A stretch of DNA of 64,000 bases from Strigamia acuminata (lineage: Eukaryota). Below, one piece after another: positions 13,265 to 25,100 of this stretch; the stretch's first letter is position 1; each line of letters begins with the position of its first letter. The stretch is from the NCBI GenBank assembly GCA_949358305.1, contig OX442314.1:14632001-14696000 (forward strand). Direction: 5' to 3'. The notes below the pieces were generated by a model. It worked only from the letters and a program-made list of their open reading frames with translations, had not been told where the DNA came from and did no database searches. The translations under genes were made by a program, and so were the position numbers.

Positions 13265-14856
13265 TCATCTTTTTCCAGACATTTTCTATCGGACTGAGAT
13301 CTGGCGAGTTTGCTGGCCAGTCCAGAACATCAATTTTTTCTCTTCAAACCATTTTGTCACCTTTTTTGCCATATGGCAAGATGCATTATCCTGCTGGTAC
13401 AGAAAATTATCGTCTTCATCCAATTTCTCAACGTTCGGAATCAAAAAGGTCTCCATCATATCCATGTAAACTTCTGAATCCACGCGGCTTTTGATATGCA
13501 CATCTGTCCAACTCCATGTGTAGATATGCATCTCCAGAACATAACTTTGGTAAGGAATTTAATACCTCTTTTAATGCAGTCTGGACAGAATTCTTCATCT
13601 TTTCTGCGGTAAAAACAAATACTTTTGTCCCCAAATTCGAGACAACATCGATTCATCGCTCCGTATAATCTTTTCCAAATCTTCTGGGCCCCAGTGACGA
13701 TGTTTTTTAGCCCAATCAACTTAGCATTTTTGCTGCTTCTTGTTGAGGAGAAGTTTTGTTTTGGGTACCCTTGCACTGTAGTCTAGCTGCACAATCCGTT
13801 GCCAAACAGTGGATCTGGAAACTTTTCTTCTAATAGAAGTAGACCATTTTTGGGCCAGAGTAGTTAGAGATGAAAATCTATTGGCATGAATTGTTTTTTT
13901 CAAGGCAGGCACATCTCGCTTTGTAGTGATTTTTGGTCTTCCCGAGCGTTTTCTTGGTTCTAAGATGGCGTTATCATCTTTAATTTGTTTTAGGGACTTT
14001 GAGATTGAGACTCAGATCTATGGAGTTCAGCAGCTATTTCTGTAATTTTTTTTCATGCATGTCGAAGCTCCCGAATTCTCACCTTCTCATCATGAGATAA
14101 TTGTCTAGCTTTGCCCATTATTGGCAATTATCAAGCACAAATTACTAGTATAGGACACCCTCACAAATCTCCTGCGCGTGAACGACCTGTCATCACTTGC
14201 TGATGCCATTCGTGACCCGGATCATCCTGCTCATTTCGTTGCTGAATTTTACAACTTAGATGACTCCACCCGGACCACCCGCCGTCACTCCTTTGAAGTC
14301 ACCGCCCTAGTCTCGACGTACATGGCCAACTCTTTTCCTTTCCGTTGCACAGCGATGGTGAATGCCCTCCCGCTGGAGATCCGTTTCGCCATCTTTGACT
14401 GCTCAGCCGCCAAGTGCCGGTCCCACTGCAAGCACCTACACCGCCGCCTAAAGAATCACATTTTGTCTAACCAATAATCTCCTCATTTTCATGTAGTTTT
14501 TTCCTTTTGTATTCCCCCTTCTTGTTTGCTCATTTGGGCAGTTAATTAAATAAATAAATAAATAAATAAACATACCCAGTTTGCTCATGAGTGTTTGCAA
14601 TACGTCACAGTACGCAAATTACAGAGTATGTTGCACTTTCTAAAATTTTGGCAAAATTGATGTTTTGAAATTCTGGATTTGTAACATACCGCTAACTAAA
14701 TATATATAATTTGTGTTATTTTGAATGCAAAATAATTGTTTTATTCTAATCTGATGGTATAAATTTGTTTTGCTTATCTTTTAAGTCAATTATTTGGTGT
14801 TATTCACTAAGTGAGTGAACTTTTCACTCACTTTCTAAACTTTTGAAATGTAGTTG
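13265..14856 (-). mobile_element. Defective Tc1-family (DD34E) DNA transposon with frameshifted transposase pseudogene
   Basis: Minus-strand ATG at 14118 reads MGKARQLSHDEKVRIRELRH. It is followed by GRPKITT, a second HTH region (RKVSRSTVWQRI...YSARVPKTKLLLNKKQ), WSDES, FLYQQDNASCH and DWPANSPDLSPIENVWK. D-to-E spacing is about 34 aa across a frameshift. There are several stops and frameshifts. A candidate 5' TIR TA|CAACTACATTTCAAAAGTTTAG ends at 14856. Confidence 0.88.
14152..14570 (+). mobile_element. 5'-truncated LINE 3' end (CR1/L2-like) with (TAAA)n tail, nested in the Tc1 element
   Basis: GC-rich ORF DTLTNLLRVNDLSSL...ANSFPFRCTAMVNALPLEI...LKNHILSNQ* resembles the LINE ORF2 C-terminus 'xSFFxRxxxxWNxLP'. 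A short 3' UTR follows, then TAAATAAATAAATAAATAAATAAA at about 14547-14570. Confidence 0.8.
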
Positions 14857-15904
14857 TACAGTAAGTTTTATTTGTAGGGCTAATTTTATTATAAATTGCT
14901 CTAATTTAAATACTTAAAGCATTTGAAATTCAAGCAGTTTAGACTACTGCAACCGACTCAAAACTTGAATTGGTGAGGGGTTGAATAATAAAAGCTTTTT
15001 TTATTGTCTGGGTAAAAGCGGAAAGTTTATCCCGAGTTATTTAAGTTAATGTAATGCTATTGCTGCATTAGTAACCGCTCTTATCTTCCTTTAGTACGAA
15101 CGGTCCGCAAGACTTGCTGAAAGGTTTGCTATGGGGCTCGGGAGAACATATAACACTGCAAAATAGGTACGAAAACGAGACAAACGTTCTATTTGACAGC
15201 AATGAGAAGGATCAGTGCGTTATGCGAACATTCCTGAATACTTTTACTACTTTTTTTATATATGAAAGTAAAAAACGTTCCTAGATTCATGAAATGAATT
15301 TTTTTATTGTTTTCTTTTATTTTTTTATTCCCTGTCAATATTGGCATGATTGAGTGGATAGTTTATACGATAATGTTAGAAAATGAGCAGTTTGTCGTGT
15401 TTGGAAGTCAAATTTTTAAATATTTATCGATAGTGAAGAAAGGAATCTTAATAATCAGATGTAAAAAAAACCATAAAAGTTCAAGCGTTTGTTGCGGTAA
15501 AGTCCTGCGAAAGTGGGCTGCAAAAAGGATTTAAAGAAATTCTTGAAAAGGTTTATGCAGATTCTTCAGTTGGAAACGGCTTATAATGTTACCACAGTAA
15601 CGCGCGTCCTTGGAAACGCAACTGGCTGTATACAAAAACTAAGAAAACTCATTACCATCCTTTAGTTTTATTGGAAATTGAGGAATGTGTTTTGTATTGG
15701 AATAAAAGTACGAAAATAAAAAAATTTATACTATTTTATTGGATATTTATTTATTTGTAGAATGTCAACATCGTTCTATAAGATTTCTTGACAAACAAGA
15801 ATTGGTATTTGCTTTCATGTAGCAAAACTCGAAATATATAAAGGTATACAAGAAAATTATATTTGGTTAGGGATTTTTTTCTCATAAATTTCTGATAATC
15901 ACCA

Positions 15905-17193
15905 GATCAGGGTTTCGACCGTTTCGTCTGCACAGCAATCGTATTTGCACAACAAAATGCGCTTGATAAACATAACGAGACAGTAAAGTAGTCGAAAAGT
16001 CCGGCAATGCACAGCGAAATTGCTATTACTGCAATCATAAACAAGCATAAAAGTCGTCTGGAATATTACTGAAAACTCACCAACCGCAAACTAGAATATA
16101 TAAAACTAATTCAAATAAATCAATAACAACCGACTTGAATTGAAGTATAAAAAGAATTTCAACACTTGGCACACTTTTGTAATGACTTTTTTTTCACCAT
16201 TAAATAACGGTATTTTTGAATAACACAACAAAAGTTGCAATTTTTTTTCTTAAAGCATTGTCAAAAAATCAATAAGTAGTTTTAACTTTCATAGAGTTGC
16301 TAAAATGGGAAATTCAGAGCAGCAACATTTTGTATGGATGCAAAGATGATGTTGCTTGGAGTCTCCTCCAGGTCCAGACTTTCCAAAAATAATGTTTTTA
16401 CATCTTTGTTGTATGTGCCTCGACGAAACTAAAGTTGCCTTAATTGAGTAAAAGTCTTTTCAGCATTTTTTAACTTTGGCATGAAACGTAATTAAATTGT
16501 TTCAGACAATAGATTAATACAAAGTTCAACTTAAAGGGCAAATGCAACAATTGAGAAAAAAGTGACACGCTTTTGATTACAATGTAAAAGGGTTTTGTAT
16601 TTCACCTGGCAGTGACATGAAATTTGCAACACGAAGTCAGACAATCGTGAATGAAGACAATAAATTCTCATTACTTTCTTTTTTGACCGGTCGCCTTTAA
16701 GTATCAGGTCGAGGAGGATGAACTTTATTGAACTTGGTAGCCACAAGGAGGAATCCAACATGGCATCTGTCTCGCTCAACTTGAATCAAAGGAAATTGAT
16801 TCATGAAATTGTTGTACGGAGAACAATATGCGATTTGCGTTTCTCGCTTGTCTAGAAAGCGCCTCAAAGACATACATACAGGAAGGCGAAGTTGAAATTG
16901 GATCCTTTTGGCTGCTTCTATTCATATCACAGTGTGACAATTCTATTGAGTTATTTTCCAATCCATTTGTTGTATTTGCGTTAGATATGACCTGTATCAA
17001 GGTTGTAAAGTACGGTCTTAGGATATAAGCTGGAAATATGTCACCTTTACACTCTCAGTCATGCTTTTCTTTTTCAAATAAAGTAGCGTACCTACATCGC
17101 ACATCCCAGTTGAGTCGGGGAAAAAGTATAAATCAATAATCGAGAAACCGGCGATAAAGTAAATGGAACTCAGTATCTTTTCATATGCTGTTT
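15905..17193 (-). pseudogene. Possible decayed multi-exon gene (LRR-like segments plus a hydrophobic TM-like segment)
   Basis: The minus strand has exon-like blocks with plausible splice sites (TTTCAG|...GATGTAG|GTACG; TTCCAG|; CCAG|GTGAAA). Translations include LRFMPKLKNAEKTFTQLRQL*...VKTLFLESLDLEETP and MIAVIAISLCIAGLFDYFTVSLCL. In-frame stops are present and I recognise no firm homology. Confidence 0.25.
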
Positions 17194-20100
17194 CTGAAAT
17201 AAAAATTGTTTTTACTGCGGGATCATAAACCTCTTTCAATACAATTTTTTTCTTTCACTTAACTTAACACTGGGAATTATCGTTTAGTGTGGGCGGACCG
17301 CGGATCTATTAAATTCTTACGGGGTATAAAGTTGTTCAATAATTGAAAAAGGTGAATACGGCGATGAAACAAATTACGAATTGATATTGTGGTGTATTTT
17401 TGAGGTTTTGTAAATAAAATATGGGTTTTTCTTTTTCTTTTTCTGCATTGTGGGTGATCTGGTTTTTTTATTGGGCTTTTTGTTAGTCGTGAAGCGCGAG
17501 TTTGATGGCACTGCATTGCTAGTTTATACTCAGTGGGCGTATGTCATCAAGCAAAAACTATCGTCTCTTTTACAACGTTTAATCTTCTTCTTCCCCATAA
17601 TTTGATCACTGAATTCTTAATAGTGATAATAATAATTATAATAATGTCTGACTTTTTTTTTGTATTAAATTTTTCAACCTAAATTTATAAACTGTGCTGA
17701 ATTTATAGCAGTTAAATTCAACTGTTACAAATTGAGCTTTTAAAAGCACGACTAATTTCACAGCAATTTCAAGTCAAGTAGTCAACATGATTAAAATTAT
17801 AATTAAATTAAAGCACATCACAGGTGATTGAGTTTACGATGGAGTTTACGCTTCAAGTTAAATGAAGGAGCTCAATGAATTGAGGAACAATTAGAACGTA
17901 CACGATTTTGACTCGCAACGGATTCGATGTTTTCAGTTGAGTTGAGATTTGGATTTTATAGGTTGAGCTCAAACATTTCTTTTATTTATTCAGGTAACAA
18001 ATCTTCGGGGTCAAATAAAATTGCAGTTTAAGCATTAACGATTATCTTGGGTTTTCACTACCAGTTTGCCGTTTTGACAGCATCAAAGTTCCCTCAACTT
18101 TGGCAAATATTGAGCGGGCAGAGTATGAAGGATTAAGGGCCGTGGAAAGGGTCATTCCTTATCTACACCTCCAGTTTAATAAAAATTCATACCGGTATTT
18201 TTTTTTAATGCATTTCTGACCATCGTACATACGTATTTTCTGTCATTATGTTTACATGCTAGGGGTATTAATAGGAAAGTGTGTTTACATGTCGTAAAAT
18301 TCAGGTTTGGTTTGATTAGCAATTCAACATGGTGTCTGATCCTCGCTTCGGTACTCGAAATGGTGAAAGTAAGCACTCTAACATACGGTAGTTTAAATCA
18401 TTTTGATGAATGCATAGCTTTTTTTTTTAGAAAAAGGAGAGAGATTTATACGATAATCCTTTTTATCTGAGTACTTTTCTGATATATTTTAAAGGTTAAG
18501 TTACAGTATAGTTGTGTGGAAATAGGAGAGTAGGTAGGCCTATCAGCACCATGAGAAATTTTAAATCGCATTTATAAATGCACAAATGTTTTCTGACGTA
18601 GACATTGAATGCATGAAACTGTGGTGTATTGAAACCACTTTGGAGCTCTATGCGATGGCACTGCTCGATGAGATGATAACCTCGAGAATGGGCTATGATG
18701 ACAGTACACAAAGTAGGCCTGGGTTTTCCTTTAGGCACCGTAAGCACAGTGCCTAGGCCTAACGAAATTTTTATGTCTACGAAGGAAGGGGTAAAATTAA
18801 ATTTAAAAATAAGAAAGAAATAAACTGGGATACGGATAAAATAATGCAACAAAATAACAAAATAATTGTACAATGTCTAGACTACTTATAACATTTCCTA
18901 TGAAAAGTGCCAAGGGCTTGCCAACACCAAAATGCAGTCATGCACGAATGGAGGATTGTCCGGAAGCTTTATAGATACTTTTGTGCGAGCATTGTCCCAG
19001 GAAGGCAAAATGATTAAATAGAGCAGAGTCAACTCTTTCCGAGGCCCGAAACACTTCTAGGGACAAAGCAACGAACAAAGTAAACATTAAACAGAGGACA
19101 AGAACCTTACACGAGCTGAAAGGCCTGACATGGATAAAATTGGCTGAAAACTATTAGTAGTTTGTTTTTCGCACATGTGCTATATAGAATATAAGCTCTC
19201 AGAACAATTTAACTGAAACAAAATGCTATTCAAGCAAACAATCTCTGGGCATTTCTAATAAAAAGAAAAAAAGAAACCGATTCTTACTCTTAATCTCTCT
19301 AATGGTTACTCCCGTTTACGTCAATAGTGAAACTTATTTAATAACAATTTTATTGTTTTAGTAGATGTTTGTATTACATTTGGCATTTAATAATGCTTTT
19401 GAGCTTATTGCACACAGAAGTACAATCTTTGATGTTTTCCTTTTTAATCTTTTGAACAAATAGTATTTTAATTGCATTTTGGCGGGAGTTCATAAACCCT
19501 GATTTTGTGTTTTTGATAGAAGTATTTTGTAATCAATTATGACACTCATTTTCTAAGTCAGTGAATTTTTCCTCTTATTTCTTTCCAACGTGATGCAACA
19601 TGTTTTTAAAACTGATCCCCTTTACGACGTGCAACTAAATGGAATTTTCAATTTTGGGACTTGGAATGATTAATTGCTTCTGTTTTCGATTAATCCTTTG
19701 GAGATTTTGCATTTATTTTATTTTTATTTTTATTTTTAATTTTTTTTTTGAATAAGGGAAAATATAATAAGTATAATTGATGTTTACTTGATTTTGAGCG
19801 GTAAAAGGCAAAATCTGAATTTAATTAATTTGTGTACAATGAGGGTATAAGGGATACTCAATCATCTACTTGAGCCCATAAATTTTAAAATTGATCTTTT
19901 TTCTTTATCCTATTAATTTGTAATCCATCACAACATAAGTGGGATGTAATCCGATTAATTTCCCATTTCATTACGCTATTTATCATTTAAATTTTCGTCA
20001 ATTTAAACGGTTGAATAGGTAAGAAAAAAAAGTTAATTATTCGCATTTTTATGCGAAATTATTGAATAAAATGCAACTTTTGTTTTCACTATGAAAGTAG

Positions 20101-20745
20101 TGTTGCTTGAAATTTATTCGTACTTAGCCTACAAATTGTTGATCCTCGAGTAAAATTCAAGAGGAGAACCAAACCACCCCTACAGTCAAAATGTGAAATT
20201 TCTTGCTCAAACACCACTTTAATCTAATACAGCATAGAAAATATCAAAGTTCCATTGTAAATAGTTTGTTGCGCGAGGAATAAATTAAAAATAAAACGTG
20301 ATAACTATAGTTAAAAATATTATTTACGCTATTTAATCCTAACACTTTGCATAGTTTTATCTCTTTTACTATATAGTTACAATATTGAAACTTTAAACGC
20401 AACTTTTAGTCCCAAGATCCTATTACAAAAAGATATATTTTTTAAATGTTATCCTTTAAATATTAGACCTGCCAGTATCAATACCAACTCTCCTACAGTT
20501 TCTGTTCTTCGCGCAACTTTATACATAATTTTTTCAGAAGGAGTTAATTATCTTTTATCTGGATTTCTTTAAACATTTTACATATCATTTCTTATCAGAA
20601 TGCATTAATATGAGTGACATTTTATCTGCGTCTTCAATTGTGAGTTTTGTGAGATATTTCTTGAAATTTCATGTTGTACACAACATTTCCTAGAACTCAG
20701 TTTTAACTTTTTTAGGATGCTCAGACGTTTCAAGAACTTTGACAA

Positions 20746-20862
20746 TATTGACATAGAAAAGGTATAGATAAACATATCCAGATACATGATTACAGTTATT
20801 CCAGATAATAATTGACATATAAAAGGTATACTTATAGACAAACATATCCAGATACGTGATTA
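20746..20862. repeat. Short imperfect direct duplication (about 46-52 bp, 2 copies)
   Basis: ATTGACATAGAAAAGGTATAGATAAACATATCCAGATACATGATTA is repeated as ATTGACATATAAAAGGTATACTTATAGACAAACATATCCAGATACGTGATTA. Confidence 0.8.
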
Positions 20863-22044
20863 TGAAAAAAAATTATGGAGTTAAAAAAAATATTGAAAGA
20901 GAAAATTGAATTTGATGTGGATAAATAAAACAAAATGTCAATCATCAACTTTTTTCTTGAAAAAGCGAACAGATGTTCTGAATGTGTTGGGAATGAAAAT
21001 TCCTATATCACTATAATAAACTATTGATTATGTAAACTTATTCGACTCGTTGATGTACTGTTCAAGTGCTTCAGCTTATCAATGACTGATGACAATTGAC
21101 AGTAATAAACAACCCTTGAAATTGTTAGTTTGTTAAACCTTGACTTGGATTTAAATGGCAAATTCTCTAGAAACTAATCATCAATGCCTGCATACTGCAA
21201 AGTGAACTGGAATTTGGCAAACTCAAATTTCGAGGAGTTTGATATTGATGAAGTCACGTGGACATTGTACAATTTGCAAGCAAATTGCAATGTGTGCAGG
21301 CATCCGTTCAAACAAGGGACATTCGTTAGCATGTGTTGGACTCTCAACTTGTCAATCCAATTTTTTTTATATATAGTATGCACAAATTCAACAATGTAAC
21401 CACAGCAACAGGCCGATGCCCTTCTCACTACGCATGCACATTGCACACACACATATAAATACACATTTGCTTCACCTTTACAACAGCTGCACGACAAACC
21501 ATATACGAACAACCGGCTGCAGTGCAATTTCAATAACAAAAATCTGGCTAACAAGTTTGTAAACTCGCACGCATGCACAATAATTTTTTTTATTTAAATT
21601 TTATTGATATTATAATTTTCCATTAAACTGCGTATAATTTTGAAGTGTTTAAAAAATGATAGCAAAGTCAAATGTCAGTTATAAAAAAAAAGATCAATAA
21701 CCATAAAAATGATAAACGACTGATGATGAAGGAATTCGACAATTAGCCATAGATTCGATTAACTAACCATAACATTGTATAATTAGCACTATAAAATCCC
21801 CCCCTAATTTGAAATTATTTTTTTTTTGCACTTTAATTACCATCGATTAACACTAGAGGTTCAAATCAAGACTCGCATTAACTTTTAACTTTTAAAACGT
21901 CAAAAATAAATCGATACAAGATTGTTTGTAAAAATAAAAAAGGAGCAATTGTCTAATCAATTTAGTAAGTTTGAGAAAGGATTTTCACTAATTCTAGCTC
22001 TTGATAACCACCCGCTCAATTCCCATCGTGCGTGCTCAATTTGA

Positions 22045-22054
22045 GCGCATGCGC
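22045..22054. promoter_or_regulatory. NRF1/Erect-wing-type palindromic site upstream of the GPCR
   Basis: GCGCATGCGC lies 75 bp before the GPCR ATG, in a locally GC-rich patch. Confidence 0.4.
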
Positions 22055-22129
22055 ACTCGAAACCCACAGGACCGCTACTTGTAAGACCGAGTGGCTGATG
22101 AGTTGAGCTGCCGCCAACGCGGCATCGCG

Positions 22130-25100
22130 ATGAGTGGCGATTCTGCACATTGGTTTCACATTGAACCGGTACAAAATGTGACAAAAAATGCCACGATGGA
22201 CGGTAGTAATGAGGGACCGCCTTATCCGGATTTCACGCAATTGAATTGGGTTTTAATACTTGTTGTGGTGCTCTACTTGGGAGTAATGACTTTAGCCATC
22301 GGTGGCAATGTCTTGCTGTTTGTCACCGTCGCTCGAAATCCCCAGCTGCACACGGTGGTCAATTGCTATATCGTTAATCTAGGTCTGTGCGATTTCCTTG
22401 TCGGTATCTTTGTGTTACCTGTCAAACTATTGGAACTGACTGCACCGCCTCGATTGAGCATTCTCAATGACGGGCTCTGCACTGCCGTGACATATCTTCA
22501 GACTGTTGTTGTCTTCTCCAGTGTTCTTACATTAGTTGCCACTTGCATTGAAAGGTATGGAATTGTTCTGGGGGGAAATAGACCGGAAATTACTTTTAAA
22601 ATCTTGGATTGGTTTAGTAGTTTAAATTGCATTCATTATGCCGAGAAATCTTTTTCGTTCACTTTTTATTTCTATTAAACTTTTCTTTTTATTATTATTA
22701 ATATTTTTATTTTTTTGTTTGTGCTGTTTTTTTTTTAAAATTTATGAATTGCGTGGTTTAAAGCTGACATGTCACAGTGTGTGATGTGTGAATGGGAAAA
22801 AATATTTCCGCTTAATTTATCTCGTCATAATGTTGTTTTGTCACGTTTAGTGTAACACACAAACATTAAATCAGCTGAGTCAAACATTATTGCGGCATAA
22901 CCGCGTTAAGGGACCAATTTGTTGAGGCGAAAACTCGTTACGTTAAATTACTGGCGATCTTGTGCAGCCCTGCTTTAATTTAAACTCGTGTTACATTATG
23001 GTACTTATGCCTCAGATTCAGATTTATCTGCAAAATCTACGTTAGCAGTAAAAAAAAACAAAGTAAAATTCTTGAAACATAAAACAAAGTTGTTTAATTA
23101 GTCCATGTAAGTGCGGTAGATTCAGTAGATACTCCGTGTAAAAGTTTCAAAATGGATGCCCACTGCCTCACTCTAAGTGGAGTTTTGTGTTTATTTCACT
23201 ATAAACAAGCGTAATCTTAAAACCTGGATAAGAATCCGAATCCTGGTTTGGAAATGAATAAAAAAAAAAGTGGTAGGAATTGGCCAATTTATGGTAAAGA
23301 TTTTTCCCGCCATCGGTTCCGCTCGAGTGGCGTCGTATATTGCGGCCTTTGTGTAGTACAACGTAATAAAAGCCCAGATGTACACAGACTGAAGCCATCA
23401 CTTGATTCTAATTTTCTCCGTTAATTTGCCGGTTAATTTTATAATGATGACACTCGCGGAGGGTTAAAGATTAAAGCTGTTTTGCTATTTTTAGAAATTA
23501 AGGTCAAGATTAATCGCTTGAGTACTTGGTGAATGCACCGAGCGGAACGTGCAACTTTTCTCCGCAAAACTCAGGTAAAGAAAACCTCTTTAAAATTTAA
23601 GGAAGTTCCAGAATTAGCTCGGAGTAAAACTAGTTATGTTATGTAATAAAATTTGATTAGTGGGTAATACGAGAAGTGAAATGCTCATTTCCATTTCAAG
23701 GGCAAGGTAAGTTCATGTTACATGTTAGAAAATAGAAATTAAAAGTATTCTGAGGATTAATCTTTAATGATTTCTTTCGAAAACGGGATTAGAGTAATCG
23801 AAAAATGACAAAAAGGCGCTTCGTTTTCCCCTGTGATAACTCCTTAAGGGTGTAAGCAATTGCTTTTTACACACCACAACTTTTCTGTCTCTTCATTTTC
23901 ACTGAAAAGCAATGCCAAGACGAGACAAGTTGTGATGGTTTTATTAGATGTTCTCTTTAAAGATATATAATTTCTTATCAAATAATCAATTGGCATTTCT
24001 CCCTTCAGCAACGCGACAAACTCTTGTAAAGTTTTGATGATTTGAAGGGTCTTTTTAACCAAAAAAAAATTGGTGGACAAAAAAATGGGGCTTATAATAC
24101 AACAACGCAAAAATCTTAAAGATAAACTTTCGAGAGCACTTTCGAGAGACACAGGAATAACCGAAAAAATTGCAAATCCAAAATCAATTTTTAAGAGAAA
24201 AAATTGGTTAGATTTTTGCTTGCTCGCCCAACAGGCTGAGATGAATTTCCTAGTCTTAAATTTGATGGACACTTTTCATTTAGACATCTGGTGATGACGT
24301 GGAAACGGGAGATAATTGATCAAAGTTTAAAATAGTCGCCAATACGTGACGTTTCGACCCTAAAACTAAATAAATCAGGAATTGTGACTGGATTACTTCA
24401 CCCTATCATGCTCTAGAAATTTAATTGGTTGGAAAAACAAAACGGGTCGCTAAAGTAATTTCCTGAGTTCTCTAATATATCATTTGAAGTTGTCTAACAG
24501 GAAAAGGACCCCTTGCGGCTGCGGGGCCCTCAAATTCCAAACATTTTCCCAAATTTTGAATAATCAAAAAAAAAAATATTGAAAAAATGTTGGAAATTCG
24601 GGGTCCCAAAAGGAATGCGAGAAAATAAGCCTTCTCCAAACGTTAAAAACAAAAGATTGTCTTGTCCTAATCTTCTTTGGCCAACGACAGTTGTCGTTCT
24701 TGCTGTGAGTTAGTGTTTGCAGAGTTTGCCAAAGTGACCATTTGCATTAATTTAATGTAGAAAAAGACATCTTTAATCATTTTGAAAATTTGATTATTGA
24801 ATTTTCTAAATTACCATAATGATGATCCAGCAAATGGACATACATATTGGCATAACGAATAATTTGTAAGAGCGTTGTTGTTGGCAGTTTTATCATTACT
24901 CCGTGTTTGACTTAATAACGTAGCCCGGTCAAGTGATGATATTAATTAATTAACTGATATATATCATGTTTTGACACTTTTACTATAAAAATCATCATTA
25001 GTCTTATCTCTTTGTTCAGCTGCTTCTTTCCTCCCATTGGTTGATTTAAATTCGTGTCCTTGCGTGTGATCTTCAAATACCGAAGACGAATTACTTTATT

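Noticed and set aside
14152..14162. GGACACCCT as the partner TIR for the CAGGGTG end at 12971
   Set aside because: Only about 7 nt match, and the bases read in frame as part of the LINE fragment.
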